Part shown: in pieces, positions 7,714 to 16,763 of the stretch
Position numbering within the stretch: the stretch's first letter is position 1
How the letters are laid out: each line of letters opens with the position of its first letter
Assembly (NCBI GenBank): GCA_017466805.1
Contig: JAFTTN010000029.1
Location: 8,928-72,927 of the forward strand
Origin: Clostridia bacterium
Lineage (GTDB): Bacteria; Bacillota; Clostridia; Oscillospirales; CAG-382
DNA length: 64,000 nucleotides
Direction: 5' to 3'
Notes under the pieces: model-generated
Database searches by the model: none
What the model was told of the DNA's origin: nothing
The model's input: only the letters and a program-made list of their open reading frames with translations
Made by a program: the position numbers and the translations under genes

Positions 7714-9531
7714 TTATTCTCCCAAATAATCGTAAAGAATTTTCACAACGTCGGTGCGGCTTGCATTTCCGCTCGGCGCTTCGTCGATAAGACCTTCGGA
7801 AATAGCCCAATTTATGCTTTGGCTGTAGCTTCCGCTTATTTCGGGCGAGCCTTCGAATTTCCAAATATATTCAATCAGCTCTTCCTTGGTTAGCGCCTCG
7901 GTCATATCGGTGCTGCTTTCGGCAACGTTGTTTTTAACAGCCCAGGCAAGCGCGTTTTCATAAAAAGCGGATTCGCCCTTGTTGGTAAGCTTTAGCTCAC
8001 CGGGGTAGCCGAGCGCGCGGTATAGGAAGGTTATCATCTGCCCGTGTGTCGAGCCGTCGTCCACACCGAAAAGGTTGTTGCCGATGCCGGTGGTAAGCCC
8101 GACGTTTACCGCCCAATAAACCGCGTCGTAATAATCGGCGCTTGCGTCGGTTACGTCGTCAAAACGGCATTCGACGTTCATATTTTCGACGTTGCAGCGT
8201 ATAGAATGGTGGGTGAACGAAATCTTGTTGTAGCTCGTACTGCCATAGGGCACGGTGCAGTTTTTAAAGGTTACGTCAACGGCGAGCTCGCCGCCGAAAT
8301 CGATATAGTTGTTCTTCGCGGTACAGCCGTCTACCACAAGGCTTTCCATACTTTTTGCGGTGTAGTATTTTCCGCCGCAGAATCTGCCCTGATGCTCGAA
8401 AAATACGCCGAATTTTTTGTTGCCCTCGGCATAGCAGTTTTTAATAATCAGGGTTTCGTTTTCGGAATATCCGGTGCCGATACCGAAGCCCGAAGCACCG
8501 ACCGATGCGGTCGTTGCAAGCTTTCCGCAATTATAAGCTTTGCAATCGATAATCGTGCAGTTTATCGGGCAGTCCATACCAAATCCGGTGCCGTCGGTGT
8601 TTTTTACTATAACGTTGCGCCAATCGCAATCCTTGTAAAGATTAATCATAAATCCCTTGCCTGCAGAGGTATATCTGTCTGCGTTGGCGAGTGCGCCGTC
8701 GATAATGAAATCGTAAAAATCGGCGTTAACAAGATATTGCGGGTTGGTGAATCCGCTGTCGGCGTATTCGTTGAAATAAAACATATCCAAACCGCCGCTC
8801 GACCTGCCTACAGGCTGCAGCACGGTTTCCTTGCCCGCGCCGATAATCGTAACGTTGTCCTTGGGCATACAAACGAATTCCTCGTTGCCGCGCTTGTTGC
8901 TCCCCTGCGAAGAGAAGTAATAAGTGCCCGCGGGGATATAAAGCGTTCCGCCGCCGTTTGCGCTTGCTTCGTCAACCGCCTTTTGCAACGCGGCGGTGTT
9001 TGCCGCCATAATCGTTGTGCTTTGCGAGCCTGCGGTAAGCTGTACCGTAATCTGCTCGTTCGGGTCAACCGGCTCGGAGGGGGAAGAGGTATCGCTTTCC
9101 TCGGGCAGCGACGAATCCTCTTCGGGCAAAGACGAATCCTCCTCGGGCAGCGACGAATCCTCCTCGGGTAACGACGAATCCTCCTCGGGCAACGACGATT
9201 CGATTTCGGGTGCCGAGGATACGCTTTCCTCGGGTAAGGTCTGAATATCGCCTTCTATTTTAAAGGTTTCGAAATAATGTCTGCGAATCAGAATGTAATC
9301 GTAGGTGTCTACCGCTTGGTCGCGGTTAACGTCTGCGCGCAGATATTCGTTACCCACAAGCGTGCGGGTTTCGAAATGGTGACGCTTTACAAGAATGTAA
9401 TCGTATTCGTCGATAGAAAAATCGCCGTTGACGTCGCCGAGCTTTGTCGATTCCAAAGTCGTTTCGGCAATCGCAAGCGTTACCGGAATTATAAATAAAA
9501 CCGCCAGAATCAATACGAAAAGTCTTTTCAT
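7714..9531 (-). CDS. Secreted dockerin-containing right-handed beta-helix protein with SLH-like C-terminal repeats
   Basis: Signal peptide. Duplicated dockerin calcium-binding segments (DVNGDFSIDEYDYILVKR and DVNRDQAVDTYDYILIRR). EEDSSLP linker. Gly/Asn/Cys-rich beta-helix-like core. Three C-terminal W/Y..A...G repeats resembling SLH. Confidence 0.7.
   Translation of the reverse strand: MKRLFVLILAVLFIIPVTLAIAETTLESTKLGDVNGDFSIDEYDYILVKRHHFETRTLVGNEYLRADVNRDQAVDTYDYILIRRHYFETFKIEGDIQTLPEESVSSAPEIESSLPEEDSSLPEEDSSLPEEDSSLPEEDSSLPEESDTSSPSEPVDPNEQITVQLTAGSQSTTIMAANTAALQKAVDEASANGGGTLYIPAGTYYFSSQGSNKRGNEEFVCMPKDNVTIIGAGKETVLQPVGRSSGGLDMFYFNEYADSGFTNPQYLVNADFYDFIIDGALANADRYTSAGKGFMINLYKDCDWRNVIVKNTDGTGFGMDCPINCTIIDCKAYNCGKLATTASVGASGFGIGTGYSENETLIIKNCYAEGNKKFGVFFEHQGRFCGGKYYTAKSMESLVVDGCTAKNNYIDFGGELAVDVTFKNCTVPYGSTSYNKISFTHHSIRCNVENMNVECRFDDVTDASADYYDAVYWAVNVGLTTGIGNNLFGVDDGSTHGQMITFLYRALGYPGELKLTNKGESAFYENALAWAVKNNVAESSTDMTEALTKEELIEYIWKFEGSPEISGSYSQSINWAISEGLIDEAPSGNASRTDVVKILYDYLGE
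9101..9205. repeat. 21-bp in-frame tandem repeat x5 (EEDSSLP linker)
   Basis: TCGGGCAGCGACGAATCCTCC units at 9101, 9122, 9143, 9164 and 9185. Confidence 0.85.
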
Positions 9532-9536
9532 ATAAG

Positions 9537-10115
9537 TTATCCTTTCATCATTTCCGAAAAATCGTTTATATAATCAACGCTGTTTTCTTTTATAATTTCT
9601 GCATTTTCGGCGTTTGCTTGGTCGTATACGCCGACAACGTCAAACCCGTCTGCGCTTGCGGCAAGGACCGCGTGCCTGTGGTCCTCGAAAACAATGCATT
9701 CGCGCTTTTCAAAGCCCAACCGCTCCGCCGCCGCGCCGTAAATCCTCGGCGATTGCCGCTTGCTCGTGCCGACGTCCTCGCAATCGATATAAAAATCTAT
9801 AAGGCTCGAAAGCTCGGGATATCGTTCGAAAAACCCCTTCGACATCCATTTCGGCGTGTCGGTTGCAATGCACACCGGAATCGAGCTTTTGCGAAGCAGA
9901 CGCAAAAATTCAAAAGCGTGCTCCTTCGGCTTTATAACCGTGTTGTATTTTTCGGACATAAATTCGCCGAACGAGGAATATTCGGTAAGGTCCTCGCCTA
10001 TCGAGTTCGTCCAATACTGCATCGAATCGATAAGCGTTCCGTCCATATCGAAAATAATTGCGCGCTTGCCGATCAAATATTGCTTTTGCGAATTCAACAG
10101 CTCGTAAAGAGTCAC
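9537..10115 (-). CDS. HAD-family hydrolase
   Basis: Motif I IIFDMDGTLIDS. 192 aa. Confidence 0.8.
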   Translation of the reverse strand: MTLYELLNSQKQYLIGKRAIIFDMDGTLIDSMQYWTNSIGEDLTEYSSFGEFMSEKYNTVIKPKEHAFEFLRLLRKSSIPVCIATDTPKWMSKGFFERYPELSSLIDFYIDCEDVGTSKRQSPRIYGAAAERLGFEKRECIVFEDHRHAVLAASADGFDVVGVYDQANAENAEIIKENSVDYINDFSEMMKG

Positions 10116-10229
10116 GTTTTTTACCTCGAAACGATATTATAATACTGTATAACGGTTATATAATAGCATATATGTGCAAAATATTCAATAAGAGCCTGCA
10201 AAAATAGTATTAAAAAAGCGAAATAACGC

Positions 10230-10258
10230 TTGAAAAGCGCGCTTTGCGGTGATATAAT
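10230..10258 (+). promoter_or_regulatory. SigA-type promoter upstream of asnS
   Basis: TTGAAA (10230-10235), 17-nt spacer, TATAAT (10253-10258). Confidence 0.55.
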
Positions 10259-10292
10259 AATGAGAACTAAAATTTTGGAGGTTTATAAGCTC

Positions 10293-11699
10293 ATGGCTAT
10301 AAAAGAAAATCTAACACGTGTTTGCGATATATATTCCGATTCGCAGGCATACGGCGGCAAGACCGTGCGTCTCGGCGGCTGGATAAAGACCATTCGCTCC
10401 TCCAATGCATTTGGATTTATCGAGCTTAACGACGGTACCTGCTTCAAAAACATACAAATAGTTTTCGAAAGCGAAATTATTGATAATTACAAGGATATCG
10501 CAAAGCTCAATATCCCCGCTTCGATAATCGCCGAAGGCGTTATCGAGCTTACCCCCAACGCAAAGCAGCCCTTCGAGCTTAAGGCAAAAAGTATAGAAAT
10601 CACCGGCGAATCCACGCCCGATTATCCTATTCAGCCCAAGCGCCATTCCTTTGAATTTCTCCGTTCGGTTTCCCACCTCCGTCCGCGTGCAAACACCTTC
10701 AACGCTGTGTTCCGCGTTCGCTCGGTTGCCGCGCAGGGAATCCACCGCTTCTTTGCGGATAAGGGCTTCGTATACGTAAACACTCCCATTATTACTGCAA
10801 GCGATTGCGAGGGCGCGGGCGAAATGTTCCGCGTTACCACGCTCGATATGGATAATCCTCCCCGTGACGATAAGGGTAATATCGATTACTCGAAGGACTT
10901 CTTCGGTAAATCGGCAAACCTCACCGTTTCCGGTCAGCTCGAAGCAGAATGCTTTGCGCTTGCATACGGCAACGTTTATACCTTCGGCCCGACCTTCCGT
11001 GCCGAAAACTCCAATACCCCCCGCCACGCCGCAGAATTCTGGATGATCGAGCCCGAAATCGCTTTCGCCGATCTTGACGACTATATGACTCTCGCCGAGG
11101 AAATGACGAAGTACGTTATTAAATACGTTCTCGACAGATGCCCCGCCGAAATGGAATTCTTTAACAAATTTATCGATAAAGGCCTGCTCGACCGCTTGAA
11201 CGCGCTCGTCACCAGCGATTTCGTGCGTGTTAGCTATACCGAAGCGGTAGAGCTTTCGAAAAACAGCGGCAAGCAGTTCGATTACCCTGTTGAATGGGGC
11301 TGCGATCTTCAGACCGAGCACGAGCGCTATCTTACCGAAACGGTATTCGGCAAGCCTGTTTTCGTTACCGATTACCCGAAGGAAATCAAAGCCTTCTATA
11401 TGCGCCTGAACGACGACGGCAAAACCGTTGCGGCGGCAGATATGCTCGTTCCCGGCGTTGGTGAGCTTATCGGCGGCTCGCAAAGAGAAGAACGTCTTGA
11501 CGTTTTGGAAGCGCGCCTTGCAGAGCTCGGACTCAACAAAGAAGACTATTGGTGGTATCTCGACCTTCGCCGTTACGGCGGCGTTAAGCACGCGGGCTAC
11601 GGCCTGGGCTTCGAGCGTCTTATTATGTATATCACGGGTATTACCAATATCCGCGACGTTGAGCCCTTCCACAGAACCACCGGCAGCGCGGAATTTTAA
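10293..11699 (+). CDS. asnS: Asparagine--tRNA ligase
   Basis: Class IIb aaRS with an N-terminal OB fold ([26 protein letters not shown]) and [29 protein letters not shown] 11 nt before the ATG at 10293. Confidence 0.9.
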   Translation: MAIKENLTRVCDIYSDSQAYGGKTVRLGGWIKTIRSSNAFGFIELNDGTCFKNIQIVFESEIIDNYKDIAKLNIPASIIAEGVIELTPNAKQPFELKAKSIEITGESTPDYPIQPKRHSFEFLRSVSHLRPRANTFNAVFRVRSVAAQGIHRFFADKGFVYVNTPIITASDCEGAGEMFRVTTLDMDNPPRDDKGNIDYSKDFFGKSANLTVSGQLEAECFALAYGNVYTFGPTFRAENSNTPRHAAEFWMIEPEIAFADLDDYMTLAEEMTKYVIKYVLDRCPAEMEFFNKFIDKGLLDRLNALVTSDFVRVSYTEAVELSKNSGKQFDYPVEWGCDLQTEHERYLTETVFGKPVFVTDYPKEIKAFYMRLNDDGKTVAAADMLVPGVGELIGGSQREERLDVLEARLAELGLNKEDYWWYLDLRRYGGVKHAGYGLGFERLIMYITGITNIRDVEPFHRTTGSAEF

Positions 11700-11700
11700 G

Positions 11701-11905
11701 TCGCTAGCGCTCTCAATCGAAAACAGGTTTTCGATTGTTCTTTTGCGAGCGTCGTGCGCTCGCGCAGCATTTGTGCGCGCCTTCGGCTTGTCCAAATGCT
11801 CGACGCTCTAAGGTATATTTTCCAAGGCGCATGTCCTTGGAAAACATGGAATTTTATTGTATTTTATATTTAGCATTGAAAAGCTTTGAAGGGTTTGGAA
11901 ATCGG
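11701..11905 (+). repeat. Intergenic repeat family, copy A (homologous to 62390-62620)
   Basis: Begins right after the asnS stop. Shares ordered blocks with the region after obg: TCGCT.GC.CTCTC, TTG.GAGCGTCG, GCTCGAC.CTC, a hairpin with loop CGCATGT, TTTTATT, and TTGAAAAG plus the TTTGAAGGGTTTGG motif. Confidence 0.6.
11714..11744 (+). terminator. Intrinsic terminator after asnS
   Basis: Stem CAATCGAAAA/TTTTCGATTG, loop CAGG, then TTCTTTT. Confidence 0.7.
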
Positions 11906-11935
11906 CTTTGCCGTTTTCCGAATTAGGTGACACCA

Positions 11936-13177
11936 ATGAACAAACAAGAACTTCAAAAAAAATACGACGAATACAAGGCAATGGGTTTAAAGCTCGATAT
12001 GTCGCGCGGGAAGCCCTCGCCCGAGCAGGTTTCCACTATGGAACGCCTTCTCACCGCCGTTAAAACCAACGAGGAATGCTTTTCCGAAACAGGAAGCGAC
12101 TGCCGCAACTACGGCGGCTTGGACGGTATTAACGAAATGAAGCGCCTGCTTGGCGAAATGCTCGGCGTAACCTCCGATCATATCATCGTCGGCGGCAACT
12201 CCAGCCTTAACCTAATGTACGATACCGTCGCACGCTCGATGCTTCACCCCGTCGAAGACGGCTGCAAGCCTTGGTCGAAATACGATCAAATCACCTTCCT
12301 TTGCCCCGTGCCCGGCTATGACAGACATTTCGCTATATGCGAATTCTTCGGTATAAAAATGGTAAATATACCTCTTACCGAGGAAGGTCCCGATATGGAT
12401 TTGGTGGAATCGCTTGTTGCCAACGACGAAACGGTAAAGGGTATGTGGTGCGTTCCCAAATACTCCAACCCCTCGGGCTTTACCTATTCGAAGGAAACGG
12501 TTCGCCGTATCGCTTCGCTTCGTCCCGCGGCAAAGGACTTCCGCGTTTTCTGGGATAACGCATACGTTCTTCACGACCTTACCGATACTCCCGACGAGCT
12601 TCCCGAAATCTTTTCCGAAGCCGAAAAGTACGGTAACGAGGATATGTTCTTCGAATTTGCGTCCACCTCGAAGATAACCTTCCCCGGCTCGGGTGTTTCC
12701 TGCATCGCGGCGAGCCCCAGAAACATCAAGCGTATTCTTAATGCGCTCAAGATTCAAACCATCGGTCACGATAAGCTTAACCAGCTCCGTCATTCGCGCG
12801 TGTTCAAGTGCTACGACGATATCGTTGCGCAGATGAAGGTACATATGAACATTATCCGCCCGAAGTTCCAAATCATCTACGAAGCGTTCGAAAACGGCTT
12901 CGAGGGCTACGATAACGTTACCTGGACCATTCCCAACGGCGGCTATTTCTTCTGCCTTTCGCTCCCCAACGGTACCGCAAAGCGCACTGTTGAGCTTTGC
13001 AAGGAGGCAGGCCTTGTCGTTACCCCCGCGGGCGCGATGTTCCCCTACGGCATCGACCCCGATGACAGCAAGCTTCGTATTGCACCCACCTTCCCCTCGT
13101 GCGATGAGCTCGCCGTTGCCGCAGACCTTTTAACCGTTTGCGCACGCTTGGCTATTGCCGAAAAATACGGTGAATAA
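11936..13177 (+). CDS. Class I/II PLP-dependent aminotransferase
   Basis: About 413 aa. Aminotransferase fold motifs including a candidate PLP lysine in STSKITFPGSG. Confidence 0.75.
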   Translation: MNKQELQKKYDEYKAMGLKLDMSRGKPSPEQVSTMERLLTAVKTNEECFSETGSDCRNYGGLDGINEMKRLLGEMLGVTSDHIIVGGNSSLNLMYDTVARSMLHPVEDGCKPWSKYDQITFLCPVPGYDRHFAICEFFGIKMVNIPLTEEGPDMDLVESLVANDETVKGMWCVPKYSNPSGFTYSKETVRRIASLRPAAKDFRVFWDNAYVLHDLTDTPDELPEIFSEAEKYGNEDMFFEFASTSKITFPGSGVSCIAASPRNIKRILNALKIQTIGHDKLNQLRHSRVFKCYDDIVAQMKVHMNIIRPKFQIIYEAFENGFEGYDNVTWTIPNGGYFFCLSLPNGTAKRTVELCKEAGLVVTPAGAMFPYGIDPDDSKLRIAPTFPSCDELAVAADLLTVCARLAIAEKYGE

Positions 13178-13202
13178 ATAAAAGCTCAATAAATCTAACC
13201 CA

Positions 13203-13232
13203 AAAAGGAGAAACTTTCGCTTCTCCTTTTTT
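13203..13232 (+). terminator. Intrinsic terminator after the aminotransferase gene
   Basis: Stem AAGGAGAA/TTCTCCTT followed by a T-run. Confidence 0.7.
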
Positions 13233-13515
13233 GTATGTTTTTTGCTTTTTTGAAAAAAATTAAAAAATTTTCAAAAAATTTATAGACGTTTTGCGCCTTG
13301 CGGGAGATATTCCCTATATTGCTATAGCGCCATTGGAAGAATATCTTAAAGAAAACGAGCTTGCGGTTTGCTATACTTGGTTGAGAGATGACTGCATTTC
13401 GAATGAGGAATGCGGGTATGATTATTATAATTTCGGTCCCTGATAACCGTTGATTACAATATACGGCAATAAACGTTTGATAATTCGTGATGCCTAATAA
13501 AAAAACCACTCGCTT

Positions 13516-13792
13516 GGGCGATGCGCCACAGTGAGAAAACGGTTTTGCGCTACCGTTTTGCCCTGTAACTTAGTCAAAAACCCTTGAAATACGTTAGTAT
13601 TCCTTCGTTTTTCGCCGTCGTTACAGAACAAATCGCACACGCGCAAAACTGCTACGCACCTTAAAATCAGATAGTTTTGTCGCAAGACAAAGAAGAAATC
13701 CGCGATAATACGAGCGTATATCGCGGATTTTTGATGCAGTATTGTGCAAAAATGACGATTTTAAGGCGATTTATCACTATGGTGCATCGCCC
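13516..13792. mobile_element. 277-bp non-coding element with 25-bp terminal inverted repeats (MITE-like), inserted in a terminator hairpin
   Basis: Left end is GGGCGATGCGCCACAGTGAGAAAAC. The reverse complement of the right end is GGGCGATGCACCATAGTGATAAATC, a 21/25 match. TT on both flanks. Outer arms CCACTCGCTT / AAGCGAGTGG form the host hairpin. No ORF inside. Confidence 0.55.
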
Positions 13793-13823
13793 TTATGCAA
13801 GCGAGTGGATTTTTGTTATTTAA

Positions 13824-16571
13824 TTATTTTTTCTTTTTTGTAAAGAATACAGCCGCGCCGACTGCGATAAGTGCGATAACCGCGGAAATTGCTATAACGA
13901 GTGCGTCGCCCTTGCCGAGTCCGTCCTCGGTCTTCGTCGTTTCGTCAACCGCGTTTCCAACGGTAATATTTATCGGCTGTGTGTAGATAACGTATTCGCT
14001 CTTTGCGGTGGTCTTTGCTCTGTAACCGAATATTACGGTTGCATTGCCTTCCTTTTTGCCGTTAATAACGCCGTTTTCGATGCTTATGCAATCGTCGCCC
14101 GAAAGCACCTTTACAATAAGCTTATCGCCGGTGATGACCGATTCCTGACCGCCGTAGGTTACGAATTTTACACCTGCATCGGCATTGTCGCCGAGAATTA
14201 CCGATATATCCGAGGCGGTAAGATATTTTGGCATTTTGGTCACCCATTGCATATCGTCGGTGGTAACGCCGTCACAGCCCGAAAGGAACGCGCCGTTGTT
14301 GCTCGAAGCAACGTAGGTCCAGGGCCAAACGGTAATACCTCTGTCGGCAACCGCTTGGGTATAATAGGGCGATATAACGCCTTGCGAGGGGTTGATGCTG
14401 CTCTTGTGGTTTTGTGCCGCAACGAGCGAGGGGTAAAGCGCTTCGAGCGCGTCCTCTACAGTCGAGGAATTTCCCGCAGGGGAGAGAAGGTATCCCGTTG
14501 CCATACCGGGAATATATTTCTGGGTATGGTTAAGGAAGTTGTTGCTGAAGGATATAACGTCTACCTTGTCCTCCATACCGTATTCGGTAATAAGGTCGCA
14601 GGTTGTTTTAATGTTGTTTACGTTGCTGCCCTTGAATTCAACGAAAATTTTGCAATCCTTGTCCTTGAATTCCTCGAACACCTCGCGCAGAGTGGGAACC
14701 TTTTCGTCGGAAATGCTTCCGTTCAGCGCTTTTAGGTTGTATTGCTTGATTTCGTCAAGCGTCATTTGGTTAACCGTAAGCTTGCCGGTATAGTTGGTGG
14801 TGCGGTTAAGCGTGCTGTCGTGCATTATAACGATTTCGCCGTCTTTTGTTATTTCAACGTCGACCTCGAACACGTCCGCGCCGTTTTCGTAAGCCTTAAT
14901 AAAGCCGCTAAGGCTGTTTTCGGGCGCTTGGCTGGGGTTGCCGCGGTGACCTATCATAATCGGGGTGCGGGTCATCGTGTCCTTTTCGAGATTGGAATTA
15001 ATAACCGAGGTAAGCTTGCTTGCGCTCTTGCTTATAATACCGTTCGCTCCCGAGGTTACCGCCTTTAGCGCTTCGATAGTATACGCCGCGCTTTCGGGCT
15101 CGGCTTCTACCTCTACCCAAACCGCAACCGCGAGCTCTTGCAGCTCGTCGACTATTTCGTAGCTTGCCTTGCTGCTCTTGATAACGCAGAAGGTTGCGGG
15201 GGCGTTGCGTATTTCACGCCTTAATATATCCGCCTTGTCGGAATTGAATTCGCCCTCGGGAATATCGATAATAAGTCCCGTGCGGACGATCGGCTTGTTG
15301 GTGCGAATGTTTTTAAGCAGCTCTGCATTTGCAGATATAGCGTTGGCGTCCTTCAAGCCGGTGCTGTTCATCGCGCTGTTTAGCTTTTTAACGTCCTCCT
15401 GCGATTCGAGCAGAACTGTGGGGAGCACCTGCGCTTCAACGCACCTTTCCGCAACTGCCTTCAAATCCTCGAATTCGCTCGCCTTGATTAAAACCGAGCC
15501 CGAGCCCTCTGCCGTGATTAAATCGAGCGCCTTTGCCGAATCGATTATTTCAACGTTGGCGATGGGGTTAATAAGGTTGTTTTCCTCGTGTGCGTTGTTT
15601 ATAAGGTTAAGCGTTTTCTTCGGTCTTTCGGGAACCGATTGCTGTACCGCAATCTTAATGCTCTTTACGGCAACTTTGCCGAGGTTCATCGTTATACCGA
15701 CACCGCCCTTTTCGTATTCGGGGGTTTTTATACCGATAACCGCTTTGGTAACAAACAGCTCCTCGACACCGTTTATATTATATTGAATATTGTTTTCAAA
15801 CGCCTTTATATTTATCGTGTTGAATTGAGCTTTGAGCGATTTTACTTCGCCGCTTGCCGTGCTTGCCACGTTCCAATTGTTTTTGTCGGTGCGCTCGGCA
15901 AATTCAATACCGTTCGAAGCTGTCGTATCCTCGCGCACGCACATATGGTAATAGGGGTAGTGGCTCTTGTTTTCGTTCTGAATACGGTATACGAGCCCGA
16001 ACCAGCGCGAAGTGTTTGCGGTTTCAAGCATTTTTATATCGGCAGATATCGAATAATCGCCGAAATCGCCAAGCCATTCGGGAAGTATAAGGCGTACGTA
16101 ATCGTTGTTAAGCGCGCCCATTACCAAGCAACCGTCGGCAAAGCTGTAAAGCTCATCCGCCGCGTTGGTCGCATAGCCGTCGTTCTTTAGCTCCTCTATG
16201 CTTGTGTATTTCGAAAAATCCGCTTCGAAAATAATATGCTCGGCTTCGTTCTTTTCCTTTGCAACCAAATATACCGTTGCTTCCTTGTCGCCGCTTTTTG
16301 CGGTGTAAACGCAAACACCCTTTTCGGTCGGTCGGGCGTTGCTTACCGCTTTGCCGCTTGCGTCGTACCATTCGACGCTTTCCGCACTTCCGTCGGATTC
16401 AAGCTGCACCGTATAATCGGCAAAATCTATGCTGTCGCCGACGTCTGCGGTAATAACCGGGTTGGTGTAGGTAATAACCCTCTTTTCGTCCTCGGCGTTA
16501 ACCGCAAAAAAGGACGAAAGCAGAGTTGCCGTTAATAAAGAAGCCAATAAGACAGCTAAAAATCTTTTCAT
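13824..16571 (-). CDS. Secreted, membrane-anchored glycerophosphodiester phosphodiesterase domain protein (915 aa)
   Basis: Signal peptide. GDPD motif IMIGHRGNPSQAPENSLSGF...FEVDVEITKDGEIVIMHDSTLNRTTN. C-terminal DGLG plus TM helix plus KKKK. Confidence 0.8.
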   Translation of the reverse strand: MKRFLAVLLASLLTATLLSSFFAVNAEDEKRVITYTNPVITADVGDSIDFADYTVQLESDGSAESVEWYDASGKAVSNARPTEKGVCVYTAKSGDKEATVYLVAKEKNEAEHIIFEADFSKYTSIEELKNDGYATNAADELYSFADGCLVMGALNNDYVRLILPEWLGDFGDYSISADIKMLETANTSRWFGLVYRIQNENKSHYPYYHMCVREDTTASNGIEFAERTDKNNWNVASTASGEVKSLKAQFNTINIKAFENNIQYNINGVEELFVTKAVIGIKTPEYEKGGVGITMNLGKVAVKSIKIAVQQSVPERPKKTLNLINNAHEENNLINPIANVEIIDSAKALDLITAEGSGSVLIKASEFEDLKAVAERCVEAQVLPTVLLESQEDVKKLNSAMNSTGLKDANAISANAELLKNIRTNKPIVRTGLIIDIPEGEFNSDKADILRREIRNAPATFCVIKSSKASYEIVDELQELAVAVWVEVEAEPESAAYTIEALKAVTSGANGIISKSASKLTSVINSNLEKDTMTRTPIMIGHRGNPSQAPENSLSGFIKAYENGADVFEVDVEITKDGEIVIMHDSTLNRTTNYTGKLTVNQMTLDEIKQYNLKALNGSISDEKVPTLREVFEEFKDKDCKIFVEFKGSNVNNIKTTCDLITEYGMEDKVDVISFSNNFLNHTQKYIPGMATGYLLSPAGNSSTVEDALEALYPSLVAAQNHKSSINPSQGVISPYYTQAVADRGITVWPWTYVASSNNGAFLSGCDGVTTDDMQWVTKMPKYLTASDISVILGDNADAGVKFVTYGGQESVITGDKLIVKVLSGDDCISIENGVINGKKEGNATVIFGYRAKTTAKSEYVIYTQPINITVGNAVDETTKTEDGLGKGDALVIAISAVIALIAVGAAVFFTKKKK

Positions 16572-16580
16572 TTCTGCACC

Positions 16581-16763
16581 TCAGTTTTGTTTTTGAACCG
16601 TTTTGTATTCGTCGTAAAAACGGTAGTATTTGCATCTGCCGTTCCCGTGGGAGATAAAATCAACCATATCGTCCTCGTCGAGCAGAGCATCGCAAATAAG
16701 GTCGCCGGTTTCCTCGTCTATGCGGGCGAATTCGCAGGTTTCACAAATAGCGTCAATATTCAT
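16581..16763 (-). CDS. Small Cys-rich acidic hypothetical protein
   Basis: MNIDAICETCEF...LICDALLDEDDM...GRCKYYRF. The start choice is uncertain because an upstream GTG at 16793 is also possible. Confidence 0.5.
   Translation of the reverse strand: MNIDAICETCEFARIDEETGDLICDALLDEDDMVDFISHGNGRCKYYRFYDEYKTVQKQN

Noticed and set aside
10116-10292. T-box leader upstream of asnS (and likewise upstream of lysS at 29957-29974).
   Set aside because: The asnS upstream region is only about 175 nt, is mostly promoter, and lacks the conserved T-box sequence (GGTGGTACCGCG-like), the AGAGA/GA motifs and a terminator-antiterminator pair. lysS is 18 nt from greA, which leaves no room for a leader.
10311-11795. 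494-aa ORF on the minus strand.
   Set aside because: It is entirely antisense to asnS, which has unambiguous class II aaRS motifs. The translation is low-complexity (Ala/Gly/Arg/Val-rich) with no RBS. This is a typical shadow ORF.
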